Below are positions 19,895 through 31,119 of a stretch of DNA of 36,179 nt, one piece after another; within the stretch, counting starts at the first letter, position 1, and every line of letters begins with the position of its first letter. A program made the translations under genes and the position numbers. This stretch comes from Alteromonas sp. (GTDB lineage: Bacteria > Margulisbacteria > Marinamargulisbacteria > UBA6595). The notes under the pieces were generated by a model. It did not search any database. It saw only the letters and a list, made by a program, of their open reading frames with translations, and was not told the DNA's origin. Location of the stretch: the NCBI GenBank assembly GCA_964220215.1, contig CAXPTH010000005.1:1-36179 (forward strand), given 5' to 3'.

Positions 19895-19923
19895 TTGACA
19901 CAATAATGATCGGTTGGTATTAT
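19895..19923 (+). promoter_or_regulatory. Sigma70-type rRNA promoter
   Basis: TTGACA-17 nt-TATTAT with TGn extension. Confidence 0.8.
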
Positions 19924-19983
19924 TGTTTATCCAGCGCGAAGAAAGCGCAGTTTGTGATAATAAAAAAACGCAAACAAGACTGG

Positions 19984-20020
19984 TCATTGAAAATTGAATA
20001 GTAAGCTCATTTTTTGTAAA
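19984..20020 (+). promoter_or_regulatory. boxA-like leader and 5' arm of the 16S processing stem
   Basis: GGTCATTGAAAATTGAATAG; 19997-20010 pairs with 21710-21723. Confidence 0.7.
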
Positions 20021-20044
20021 GTTCAAAAAAACAAAACAGCCAAA

Positions 20045-21578
<1,534 letters not shown>

Positions 21579-21699
21579 TTAGGGAGATATATGTTGTGAA
21601 CAGCTTTTATTAAGTGTTACATAACCAATGATGCGATATATCCGTTTATGTTTTGTCAGGGTATATACTTGGGGACAGTTACTGTCCTGCGTTAGGTCG

Positions 21700-21738
21700 G
21701 TTTACATGGATGAGCTTGCTATTGAATATTTCAAATGA
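21700..21738 (+). other. 3' arm of the 16S processing stem
   Basis: ATGAGCTTGCTATT complementary (one G-U pair) to AATAGTAAGCTCAT; imperfect pairing extends both ways. Confidence 0.7.
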
Positions 21739-21797
21739 TTACTATAAAAACGAGTTGTTTTCTAATATAAGGCACTATCATTGGGAGTTAAATTTAT

Positions 21798-22694
21798 TTA
21801 TATTTCTGAGACTTTCGATAGTGCTATTGATTCATTGAGTGCGGACATAAAGAATTGGTGCTCATTCGTTTCATGGACACGATCGCTCCAATATAAATAT
21901 ATTGAAAATGATGTTTTTTCAATTGGTAGGTCCAAACAGTTAATAGGTAAATACGTTTTAAAATGCTTTGCCAAGCGATACGGAACTGTAGCGATGCTAT
22001 TTGGATAATTTAAAAAATCAGGAATCATACTAAATTCCGTTAAATTAAATGTGATGTTTCGGGCTTTGTTGAGTGCGTCAATAATGCTTGATTGATCCCC
22101 ATAAGGGCTAATCAGAAAGTGATTAAGGGATGCATAAGAGTCAACGGTTAGTCTATTCAGCTTTAGCAACGTAATACAGACAAAATGATCATGAATCAGG
22201 ACGGATCGATGCAGTGATTTAGATGTATAGTTGTAGGGCGAAGTTGCATAATCAATAGAGCCGTTTAATAAGTTTTCTTCAACGGATGCTTGACTATACA
22301 GTGGTTGATTTTCAATCGTAATTAGTGGGAAGGTGTTGAAAAAAGTTAACAATGGGCGAACAATAAATAGTTGCTCATATCCATGGCATGATAGTCGAAT
22401 ATTCAAAGGGTCGGACGTCGGATTAAATGGGCTTGGGTTCAATATTTGAGTATTAATTGTTGCCATTAACGATGTCAGTATCGGCCGTAATTCTTCCGCT
22501 TTTCGGGTGAGTACCATTGTATTACCAACACGATATAATAATGGATCATTGAATAGATCACGCAGTCGAGACAGCGCATTACTCATCGCTGATTGAGTGA
22601 TGCACGCTTTATGCGCGGCACCAGATACATTCTTTTCTTCTAATAATAACCATAAATAGGCTAATAAATTTAAATCAGTATTTAATATATTCAT
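21798..22694 (-). CDS. LysR-family transcriptional regulator (NodD/MexT-like)
   Basis: DLNLL...NVSGAA...ITQSAMSNALSRLRDLFNDPL HTH; start at ATG 22694. Confidence 0.92.
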   Translation of the reverse strand: MNILNTDLNLLAYLWLLLEEKNVSGAAHKACITQSAMSNALSRLRDLFNDPLLYRVGNTMVLTRKAEELRPILTSLMATINTQILNPSPFNPTSDPLNIRLSCHGYEQLFIVRPLLTFFNTFPLITIENQPLYSQASVEENLLNGSIDYATSPYNYTSKSLHRSVLIHDHFVCITLLKLNRLTVDSYASLNHFLISPYGDQSSIIDALNKARNITFNLTEFSMIPDFLNYPNSIATVPYRLAKHFKTYLPINCLDLPIEKTSFSIYLYWSDRVHETNEHQFFMSALNESIALSKVSEI

Positions 22695-22812
22695 TTTATA
22701 AATAATATATATTATCAATATTTGTTTAAAAAATAAACAGTTGTTTGCTACGATACAGTTAACACGATCGTGAAATGATAAATTGTCTATAACATATAGG
22801 AGGAAATATAGA

Positions 22813-23211
22813 ATGACGAATCATAGTAATTATAGTGAGTATATTGAAAAATTATTTGATAATTTAAAACAAGGAAATACTGTGGCTTTGCGTGAACAAT
22901 TCTCGGATGATATTGTTTGGCATCAACCCGGGCAATCGTCAATATCGGGTCGATACATCGGTATTGATGCGGTACTTGAGTTGCTGAATACAATGATGGT
23001 TTTAAGCGAGGGGTCGTTGCAAGTGTCACTCAACAATCTTATGCAAAATGAGCATCGCGTGATAGCAACTGTTTGGTTTTCAGCACACACTGAGTCCAAA
23101 TCAATGGCAATGAGCGGCATTGATTTATTCGAGCTAGATCATCAGGGTAAGATTCGAACCGTGTGTTTGTTTTCAGAGTACCCGGCTCATGAGGATGCTT
23201 TTTGGGGATAG
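22813..23211 (+). CDS. SnoaL-like/NTF2-family protein
   Basis: FSDDIVWHQPG..SG.Y.G motif, C-terminal EDAFWG; SD AGGAGG; divergent from LysR. Confidence 0.85.
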   Translation: MTNHSNYSEYIEKLFDNLKQGNTVALREQFSDDIVWHQPGQSSISGRYIGIDAVLELLNTMMVLSEGSLQVSLNNLMQNEHRVIATVWFSAHTESKSMAMSGIDLFELDHQGKIRTVCLFSEYPAHEDAFWG

Positions 23212-23290
23212 CGTGGGCTTCATAATAGATTCTCAATAAGTTGGGATCGAGTTCATGGATTATTCATCACCCATGCTATACTAATAGTCT

Positions 23291-24472
23291 GTGAATAGTG
23301 CCATTATAGAAACAGTTCATCGCGTGTTTAATCGCATGGACACGCACCGACAAACCAAGCATGATTATGCCTGGTTTGTCGATCACCCCAACTATATTCC
23401 TGATTATACTGTGTTGCATCAAATGGGGTTGCGGCTGCGCGATCGCTATGCAAACGCTATGATTCATGCCATGAGCCCGTCGTTATGGTATCGGTGGGTA
23501 TGGCCGAGGTTAGTGGGCCCGGTTCAGCGGTTGTTGCTTGAAGCCCCAGTACTACATCGAAACCCAGCGTATGATCGGGTGTTTATTCAGACGATTCAGT
23601 CGGAATTTGAGCGGCGTCGGGATGTATTGCCGACATTAAGTTACACTGCATTGTTTGACTTGTTTGGCCAGTGTTCAGCCCAGTATCATCACGTTGCCTA
23701 TGGCATTGATGATACGTATGCTGCGGATAAACAGCAGCAATCAACAATGGCACAAGATTGCTACACTCGGATTTATTCTGAGGTTAAGCACAGCAATCAT
23801 GCCTTTCAACGCTTGGTATGCATGGCAGCCAATGCCAATTGGATGGATTCCTTGGAGCCTCAGTGGCGTCAAAAAACAGAAGCCTTGTGCCAGGCCTATA
23901 TTCAAGACGATTTGCCGTTTTCACACTTAGCTGGCTGTGAATCGACCATTGCTCGTATGCATGCAACCGTTCCGGGTAAAACAATTTTATATGAATGCGA
24001 TAATCATGGGGAAGTGTGGTTTGATTGTTTGTTGGTGGAATGGCTGTTGGATCATGGTTGTTCGGTAATCATGACGGGGAAAGATCAACCGGTTGTCAAT
24101 GATGTAACAGCATCTGAGCTACAGACTGTTGTTGCTCAAATACCCGCCTTGTCCGAGGCTAAGACAGCCGGACGTTTGCAAGTTATTAGCACAGGAGCGT
24201 GTATGACGGGCCGGTCAATCTACACAATTAGTGATGCCTATCAAAAGGCGTATGCTCAAGCAGATGAAATTTGGGTCAAAGGCCAGGGAAATTTTGCAAG
24301 TACACCTATGGCCCATTGGCGGTGGGGCCGGCTGCACTGGTATCGGTATCGGAAGCCGGTGGTGTTTTTGATGGTGGTCAAAGCGAACTTAATTCAAGCT
24401 TCATTGAACTTATTAGGCATGAATCGACCCAAAGGTGCTATACTAGTACATCGATATGAACAAGGAGAATAA
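23291..24472 (+). CDS. DUF89/ARMT1-like damage-control phosphatase family protein
   Basis: [26 protein letters not shown] motifs. Confidence 0.7.
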   Translation: MNSAIIETVHRVFNRMDTHRQTKHDYAWFVDHPNYIPDYTVLHQMGLRLRDRYANAMIHAMSPSLWYRWVWPRLVGPVQRLLLEAPVLHRNPAYDRVFIQTIQSEFERRRDVLPTLSYTALFDLFGQCSAQYHHVAYGIDDTYAADKQQQSTMAQDCYTRIYSEVKHSNHAFQRLVCMAANANWMDSLEPQWRQKTEALCQAYIQDDLPFSHLAGCESTIARMHATVPGKTILYECDNHGEVWFDCLLVEWLLDHGCSVIMTGKDQPVVNDVTASELQTVVAQIPALSEAKTAGRLQVISTGACMTGRSIYTISDAYQKAYAQADEIWVKGQGNFASTPMAHWRWGRLHWYRYRKPVVFLMVVKANLIQASLNLLGMNRPKGAILVHRYEQGE

Positions 24473-24479
24473 AACAACA

Positions 24480-25859
24480 ATGAAACGAATAGAACACGAT
24501 AGTATGGGTAATATTGATGTGCCAGCGGATCGCTACTATGGCGCACAATCGGCACGTTCATTAATTAATTTTGATATTGGGATTGAGGTATTTCCGGAGT
24601 CGTTAATCCGGGCGTTTGGCTATTTAAAGCGGGCATGTGCAACAGTGAATGCACAAAAAGGTGTGTTGGATGTGGCCAAAGCCCAATGGATTGAACAAGC
24701 GGCGGATGCTGTGATTTCAGGCCAATTGAATGACCATTTTCCATTGCGAGTTTGGCAAACCGGGAGCGGTACCCAAACCAATATGAACGTTAACGAAGTG
24801 ATTGCCAATCGTGCAATCGAACTAGCAGGCGGGGAAATGGGGAGTAAATCACCCGTTCATCCCAATGATGATGTGAATAAGTCTCAATCGTCAAACGATA
24901 CGTTTCCAACGGCCATGTATATGGCGGCTACAGATGATATTCATACGCACTTGATACCCGCCCTAACGGGTATGTATGAATCGTTAACAAACAAAGTGAA
25001 TGCGTTTGAGTCGGTGATTAAGATTGGGCGTACGCATTTGATGGATGCCACACCCGTAACGGTGGGTCAGGAATTTTCAGGCTATGCGACACAATTGCGC
25101 AATGGGTTGGATCGCATACAGGCGGCATTGCCACGGCTCATGCAGTTGGCTATTGGCGGAACAGCAGTGGGAACCGGTATCAATACGCCGGATGGGTTTT
25201 CAGACGCCGTTGTGGCTGAATTGTCCCAACAAACGGGCTATGCTTACACCAGCGCACCCAATAAATTTGAGGCCTTATCGGCACACGATGCCATTGTGGA
25301 AATGAGTGGTGTGCTTAAAACAATTGCTGCGAGTTTGATGAAAATTGCCAACGATATTCGCTGGTCGGCATCTGGGCCTCGGTGTGGCTTTGGCGAGCTA
25401 ATTTTACCGGCCAATGAGCCTGGATCATCCATTATGCCCGGAAAAGTGAACCCCACGCAGTCTGAAGCCCTAACCATGGTGGCCGCACAGGTGATGGGAA
25501 ACGACGTGACGATTGGGATTGCTGGATCACAGGGCAACTTTCAGCTTAATGTTTTCAAGCCAGTGATGATTTACAACCTCTTGCAGTCCATTCGGTTGCT
25601 TGCCGATGGGTGTCGGTCGTTTACAGAGCATTGCTTAGCAGGAATCGCTGTTAATCCCAGTGCGATTGATCAAAATTTACAAGATTCATTGATGCTCGTG
25701 ACGGCATTAAATCCGCATATTGGGTATGACAATGCCGCAAAAATAGCTAAAAAAGCCTATGAAGAGAACACAACACTGAAAGCCGCTGCCTTGGCCTTGA
25801 ATTTAGTCCCGGATTCAGAAACGTTTGATCAATGGGTGAATCCCAGCCATATGATCTAA
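24480..25859 (+). CDS. fumC: Fumarate hydratase class II
   Basis: [39 protein letters not shown] signature. Confidence 0.97.
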   Translation: MKRIEHDSMGNIDVPADRYYGAQSARSLINFDIGIEVFPESLIRAFGYLKRACATVNAQKGVLDVAKAQWIEQAADAVISGQLNDHFPLRVWQTGSGTQTNMNVNEVIANRAIELAGGEMGSKSPVHPNDDVNKSQSSNDTFPTAMYMAATDDIHTHLIPALTGMYESLTNKVNAFESVIKIGRTHLMDATPVTVGQEFSGYATQLRNGLDRIQAALPRLMQLAIGGTAVGTGINTPDGFSDAVVAELSQQTGYAYTSAPNKFEALSAHDAIVEMSGVLKTIAASLMKIANDIRWSASGPRCGFGELILPANEPGSSIMPGKVNPTQSEALTMVAAQVMGNDVTIGIAGSQGNFQLNVFKPVMIYNLLQSIRLLADGCRSFTEHCLAGIAVNPSAIDQNLQDSLMLVTALNPHIGYDNAAKIAKKAYEENTTLKAAALALNLVPDSETFDQWVNPSHMI

Positions 25860-26419
25860 TGCGGTTATTTGATACGTTAAACAGCATTCGCACAGAGCGA
25901 CTCTTGATTCGACCATTAGTTGAGACGGACACTGCTGACTTATTTACCATATTTTCAAACCCACTGGTGACGGAGTATGCTATTGGGTACCCGCATGAAA
26001 CAGATGAAGAAAGTCAAAATTATATTCGATCTGTTTTAGATGCTTATGAACAAGGGACAGCCGCTATTTGGGGTATTACATTAATGGACGATCCAAAATT
26101 AATTGGAATTATTGGTTATGAACTATGGTTTTCTGATCACCATCGGGCTGAAATTGGCTATACATTGGCCCATGAGCACTGGGGTAATGGGTATGCAACC
26201 GAAGCCCTGCGTGGTGCCGTTAATTATGGATTTTCTCAGCTTAAACTCAATCGAATTGAGGCCACGGCTCAGCCGGGGAATACAGCGTCATGGAACGTAT
26301 TAGAAAAAGTTGGGTTTGAACGCGAGGGGTTTTTAAAGCAATTTATTTTATCCCGCGAAAAATACAGAGATGTTTACTTTTACAGTATCGTGTATGAGGA
26401 TTGGGAGCGTAAACACTAG
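25859..26419 (+). CDS. GNAT family N-acetyltransferase (RimJ/RimL type)
   Basis: TERLLIRP, AEIGY, WGNGYATEA, NTASWNVLEKVGF; TAATG overlap with fumC. Confidence 0.9.
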   Translation: MRLFDTLNSIRTERLLIRPLVETDTADLFTIFSNPLVTEYAIGYPHETDEESQNYIRSVLDAYEQGTAAIWGITLMDDPKLIGIIGYELWFSDHHRAEIGYTLAHEHWGNGYATEALRGAVNYGFSQLKLNRIEATAQPGNTASWNVLEKVGFEREGFLKQFILSREKYRDVYFYSIVYEDWERKH

Positions 26420-26567
26420 CGCATTTCGCAGTATCGCGATTGCATAAGGGGCTATTGAATTAAAACTCGTTTTCTTTAGATGTTTAACATCGAATAGTTT
26501 CGGGCATCTTTATTTTATAAATTTAATTGTAATAACAGTTTATAAATTTTTTAAAAGGAAGGTCCCC

Positions 26568-27134
26568 ATGAAAAAAATTGCTTGTTTAGTTTTAATTGTA
26601 TCCATCGGTGTTGGCAGCATGCTGTCGTATCGGGCACATAGCTCGGTTTTGATGCAATACAGCAGTTTTGGGGGTGTGGCATCTGTGTCGACGTGGTCGG
26701 GGGCGTCAATTATGGTGTTGGTGAATTATATTGCTCAATTGGCGTCATCGGGTATTGGGGCTGAGCACAATCGAACAGTCAATATCGTTGTTCCTCCACT
26801 ACCATTCCCCAACCCATTTAGTTTAACACGTGTTATGGATTCTAAGTTTGGGCAAACGGGCTCAGTGATTGGATTTACGAGTGATAAAGCAATTAGTGGG
26901 GATATTACAGTTATGATTTATGACATGTTTGGAAACCGAGTTATGCAGCGTGTGTATGGAGAAGGGGACACGCAAGTCCGAGAAACGAGAGCCGATGATA
27001 AAAGCAATCAATTTACTCAATTGACTGTTAACAGGAGCATGCTAGAGTATGATGCACCCTCGGGCGTTTATTTGTATGTTGTCCAAGCCGAGGGCAAGCG
27101 AATCGGTAAGGGTAAAATGCTAATTGTTCCCTAG
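26568..27134 (+). CDS. Secreted protein with T9SS type-A sorting-domain-like/FlgD Ig-like C-terminus
   Basis: Signal-like N-terminus MKKIACLVLIV; FPNPF, IYDMFG, SGVYLY, terminal KMLIVP motifs. Confidence 0.65.
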   Translation: MKKIACLVLIVSIGVGSMLSYRAHSSVLMQYSSFGGVASVSTWSGASIMVLVNYIAQLASSGIGAEHNRTVNIVVPPLPFPNPFSLTRVMDSKFGQTGSVIGFTSDKAISGDITVMIYDMFGNRVMQRVYGEGDTQVRETRADDKSNQFTQLTVNRSMLEYDAPSGVYLYVVQAEGKRIGKGKMLIVP

Positions 27135-27137
27135 CGA

Positions 27138-27395
27138 TTAAAAGGTCATGGTGACGGTGCCACCATCTTTCACACATAGTTGGCAACCCAGACGGCGGTT
27201 GCCTTCCATGCCAAGATCCTCTTCTTCTTCATTGACTGGGTTTAGATGCTCCATGCCCGATAAGACTTCAACTTCACAGGTACCGCAAACACCGTTGCTG
27301 CATCCAATCGGAACCCCCAACTCTTCAATAGCATCAACAATTGGCTCGTTGTCTTCAACTTCAACTTCTTGATTATTTAAAATAATTTTTCCCAT
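27138..27395 (-). CDS. 2Fe-2S ferredoxin
   Basis: CSNGVCGTC...RLGCQ; acidic, 85 aa; SD AAGGAG. Confidence 0.92.
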   Translation of the reverse strand: MGKIILNNQEVEVEDNEPIVDAIEELGVPIGCSNGVCGTCEVEVLSGMEHLNPVNEEEEDLGMEGNRRLGCQLCVKDGGTVTMTF

Positions 27396-27426
27396 AATTG
27401 TACTCCTTACTTATAGTTTATAGTAT

Positions 27427-28407
27427 CTAACACTGTACCAGATTACCATTTTCTGTGCCAAGCACCGATTGCTGAGTGAGCCCAATACTGGATGCAATTA
27501 CTGAATACTGCATGGCTTCGGATATATGAGCCAAACGGGTATATGCAGCGGGTGTTTTGGATTGAATCCAGGTGTCTAGATAGTGACCATCCAGTTGTTG
27601 AATCATCGATGGCGTGATCCAGCCCGGCAAACATCCAATAACATGTGTATGATTCACGTGATCCAGCACCTCGATGCCAGAATGTAGATCCGTATCGGAA
27701 TTGGTGAAGAGCGTATCCAAAAATACAGGTTGAATTTTCGGATTAATGGCACGACACAATGCGTAGGCCTGGCGTCGTGAACAGCCATCTGATACAGGGG
27801 TTGGGTTTTCGCAACAATTGGGCATAGACAAACAGGTAATCCGGCTGGTGTCCATTTTTTTAATGAGCTCAGCATTGGACCCATGAAAGCCAGCGATTAG
27901 CGTTGCAGTCGTATCGTACGTTTGCAGTTGGTTCGCAATCGCTTGTTGGTAGGCTAGAGTGGCAATATAGGGCTTTTGGACACGAATAGACACGGGAATC
28001 TTGAACGCTTGTATATAATGCTGTATGGCTGTTTGGATGGCCTGGCTGGCCACAGCCGTCCGTTGCGGAAACAATGGAATCACATGCAGCTGATCCAACC
28101 GCCCATTGGTTTCTTGGAGTAAATGCTGAATTCCTGCACCGATACTGGGCTCGCCATAGCGATAGGCATAGGTCGCTGGCCATTGCCAGTGTGTTTGGAT
28201 TGTTTCTACAATCGTTTGCAAAACGGATGATGCGTCAATGCACTGCAGGGTTGATGCAGTGGCTTGATCCAGTGTATAGCGAGGCTGTTGACCGGCAAAT
28301 TCGGGGAGTATAAAAGCGTCACTATAAATGCACTGTAAGTAATCGTGAATATCGGCTAGTGTTGTTGATTTTGGGTTGCCAATGTCAACAAGCAAGATAG
28401 CTTTCAT
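27427..28407 (-). CDS. Divergent ferrochelatase (HemH)-like protein
   Basis: ILLVDIGNP, RYGEPSI, IPLFPQ, FHG motifs recognisable, but C-terminal DCLETLEE motif absent. Confidence 0.7.
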   Translation of the reverse strand: MKAILLVDIGNPKSTTLADIHDYLQCIYSDAFILPEFAGQQPRYTLDQATASTLQCIDASSVLQTIVETIQTHWQWPATYAYRYGEPSIGAGIQHLLQETNGRLDQLHVIPLFPQRTAVASQAIQTAIQHYIQAFKIPVSIRVQKPYIATLAYQQAIANQLQTYDTTATLIAGFHGSNAELIKKMDTSRITCLSMPNCCENPTPVSDGCSRRQAYALCRAINPKIQPVFLDTLFTNSDTDLHSGIEVLDHVNHTHVIGCLPGWITPSMIQQLDGHYLDTWIQSKTPAAYTRLAHISEAMQYSVIASSIGLTQQSVLGTENGNLVQC

Positions 28408-28434
28408 AGAGGAATAGGCGATTCCGTGATGGGC

Positions 28435-29529
28435 TTATCGTTTCCGGAACTCATCCATAAACCCAATGAGTTGATCCACACCGGCGCTGGGCATGGCATT
28501 GTAAATGGATGCCCGCAACCCACCGACCAATCGATGCCCTTTCAGCCCAATAAATCCAGCTTCGGCAGCCCGTTTATGAAATTCAGTATCGAGGGCTTCA
28601 GATGGTGTTTTGAAGCACACGTTCATGAGGGATCGAGACGAACCGTTGACACAAGCAGTGTAAAAGTCATTCGCATCAATATAGTTGTATAGGGCATGGG
28701 CCTTGGCTTGATTTCTAGCTTCAATGGCGGCAACCCCCCCTTGATCCAACAACCATTGGGCAGTCAGTCCCAACAGATAAATTGAAAATGTTGGGCAGGT
28801 GTTTAACATCGAATCTTCTTTCATGTGTTTATCGTATTGAAACATGAGTGGCAAGTTGGGGTTGGCGTTGGCGTCTATCCAATCTTTGCGCGCAATAACC
28901 ACAGTCACACCGGCTGGACCTGCGTTTTTCTGTGCGCCGGCAAAAATGAGACCAAATTGGTCAATGTTCAGTGGCCGAGACAAGATATCGGATGACATGT
29001 CTGCAACCAATGGAACAGCCCCTGTGTCGGGAAATTCCTGAAATTGGGTCCCGTAAATGGTGTTGTTTGAACAGCAGTAGACGTAGGAACTGTTGGGGTC
29101 AATAGCGTTAGTATCGATGCTTGGAATGCGATCAAAATTGGTATCTTCGGATGAGGCTAGTAGGGTATACTGGCCAAATTTTTTAATTTCAGCTAAAGCT
29201 TTTTTGGTCCACGATCCGGTGTGAATAAACGAGACGGGGCCGGTTTGTCCAAAGTACATGGGAACGGATGAAAATTGGGTCGTTGCTCCGCCTTGTAAGA
29301 ACAAGACGGCATAGGCATCGGATATGGATAGCAATTGACGAATAGCGGATTCGGCTTGATCTCGAATAGCCATAAAATCACCGGATCGGTGGCTCATTTC
29401 CAATACAGACAACCCTTTGCCGTTATAGTTAATAAACTCGGCTTGGGCTTTTTCTAAAACTTCTAAGGGCAATGTGGATGGCCCAGCATTAAAATTGACG
29501 ACGCGTTCGGTTGTTTTTGTATGATTCAT
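28435..29529 (-). CDS. serC: Phosphoserine aminotransferase
   Basis: NFNAGPSTLP, EMSHRS, ADMSSD, GAQKNAGPAG, GHRLVGGLRASIYNA. Confidence 0.97.
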   Translation of the reverse strand: MNHTKTTERVVNFNAGPSTLPLEVLEKAQAEFINYNGKGLSVLEMSHRSGDFMAIRDQAESAIRQLLSISDAYAVLFLQGGATTQFSSVPMYFGQTGPVSFIHTGSWTKKALAEIKKFGQYTLLASSEDTNFDRIPSIDTNAIDPNSSYVYCCSNNTIYGTQFQEFPDTGAVPLVADMSSDILSRPLNIDQFGLIFAGAQKNAGPAGVTVVIARKDWIDANANPNLPLMFQYDKHMKEDSMLNTCPTFSIYLLGLTAQWLLDQGGVAAIEARNQAKAHALYNYIDANDFYTACVNGSSRSLMNVCFKTPSEALDTEFHKRAAEAGFIGLKGHRLVGGLRASIYNAMPSAGVDQLIGFMDEFRKR

Positions 29530-29600
29530 AATACACTGAATCATAGCACAAGTGCCGGTTTTAGTGGAAGTGTGGTATGCTTACATACACGGATGTATTC

Positions 29601-29677
29601 GGGCGGTTAGCTCAGTTGGTTAGAGTACTTGCTTGACATGCAAGAGGTCACAGGTTCGATTCCCGTACCGCCCACCA
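29601..29677 (+). tRNA. tRNA-Val(GAC)
   Basis: GGGCGGTTAGCTCAGTTGGTTAGAGTACTTGCTTGACATGCAAGAGGTCACAGGTTCGATTCCCGTACCGCCCACCA. Confidence 0.97.
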
Positions 29678-29703
29678 GTTTGATTTTCATTGTGACTAGT
29701 TTT

Positions 29704-31113
29704 ATGACAGATACGACAACCGATATTAAAAACTTTGAGCAGCTGAATACCAACGCTGTGCCTGGCGTGCTTACGTTTAAGGATGATTGTCTCAATCGCA
29801 AACCGTTTGCAGAAAAACTGACACAGGCCATTACAACATTTTACGCATTTGAAGATGACGCCTATGTGCTAAGCCTTAATGCATCGTTTGGGTCGGGGAA
29901 AACGACGTTTGTGCATATGTGGAAAAATTATCTCGAAACTAAAGCCATCCAATGTGTGTATTTAAATGCATGGGAACAGGATTTTGATGATGAACCGCTT
30001 ATGCCAATCTTAGAGGCGTTGTTAGAAAGTATAGAAGCGAACAGTCAGATATCAGAAGAAATTAAAAAGAAAATAAAAAGTAGTTTTTCTGCTATCATTG
30101 CGTTTGGTCTTTCAATCACTAGCGACATAATAGCCAATCACCCAAAGTATCTTGGAATTGATCGTGAAAAAGCAAGAGAAAAAGCAAGAAATAAATTTTC
30201 CCAGACGAACGAATGCATAGAAAAGGAAGGTGACAGACTATTTGAAAAGTACCAATTCAAACGCAAAGCGTTAAAGAAATTGCGTACAGCTTTGGGCGAC
30301 TATGTAAAAACACTGGACGGAAAACCCTTGGTGATTTTTGTTGATGAATTGGACCGCGCGCGTCCGAATTACAGTATTCGTTTTTTAGAGACCATTAAGC
30401 ATGTATTTTCAATTCAGGGCATTTGTTTCGTTTTATCTGTAGACAGAGATCAATTGAAGCAGTCCGTTGTTCATCAATACGGCAACATTGATTTTGATAA
30501 TTACTATCTCCGGTTCGTTACGGCTGAAGCAAATTTGCCGGATGCAGGTATAGACGATTTGAGTCGATTTGTACAAAGTTTAAATAAAAAGTATAGTGAA
30601 AAAGCTAAAAATCTCAAGCAATTGTTTTCAAAGGAACAACAGGGATATGTTACCGAAGAGTTGGCACAGATTTGCAAGAGTTTCGAATTAAAGCCACGGC
30701 AAATTCAAAGGTTTTACAGAATCTTCTTTAAATTTATCTCGATACCGAATAAAAAAGAGGACAAAATAGCAAACTTTGAATATATACAGGCTATCATCAT
30801 AGTGATAGCAATAAGCATTGAGGATCCTAAGCTGTATGAAAAAATTGGGAAAGCCCAGCTTCTTGACGCAGATATTCGTGATTTGATCACAAAGATCAAA
30901 ACTCGGGACCGCTATTTTGTTGTTGAATTCTTTAGATCGTTGGCCAATAAAAGCAGTGAAGAGGCAATAAGAGCCATTGCAAAAACAGTAGTTTCAGAGT
31001 CTGAGTTTACGGACCACTATTCAGGAACACTGTTCGACACTAATCTCGGGACCAAGTCCAGATTTCAACACATTTACCAACGTTTAGAGAGCTGGGACTC
31101 GTTTTTAAACTAG
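29704..31113 (+). CDS. KAP-family P-loop NTPase
   Basis: DCLNRKPFA, Walker A NASFGSGKTT, NAW, Walker B LVIFVDELDRARP, LETIKHVF, YYLRF. Confidence 0.9.
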   Translation: MTDTTTDIKNFEQLNTNAVPGVLTFKDDCLNRKPFAEKLTQAITTFYAFEDDAYVLSLNASFGSGKTTFVHMWKNYLETKAIQCVYLNAWEQDFDDEPLMPILEALLESIEANSQISEEIKKKIKSSFSAIIAFGLSITSDIIANHPKYLGIDREKAREKARNKFSQTNECIEKEGDRLFEKYQFKRKALKKLRTALGDYVKTLDGKPLVIFVDELDRARPNYSIRFLETIKHVFSIQGICFVLSVDRDQLKQSVVHQYGNIDFDNYYLRFVTAEANLPDAGIDDLSRFVQSLNKKYSEKAKNLKQLFSKEQQGYVTEELAQICKSFELKPRQIQRFYRIFFKFISIPNKKEDKIANFEYIQAIIIVIAISIEDPKLYEKIGKAQLLDADIRDLITKIKTRDRYFVVEFFRSLANKSSEEAIRAIAKTVVSESEFTDHYSGTLFDTNLGTKSRFQHIYQRLESWDSFLN

Positions 31114-31119
31114 CGATCC

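Noticed and set aside
21746..21756. 11-nt inverted match (AAAAACGAGTT) to 26464-26474
   Set aside because: Short and AT-rich; compatible with chance
29629..29703. Upstream extension of the KAP NTPase ORF
   Set aside because: Runs through tRNA-Val; ATG 29704 is more plausible
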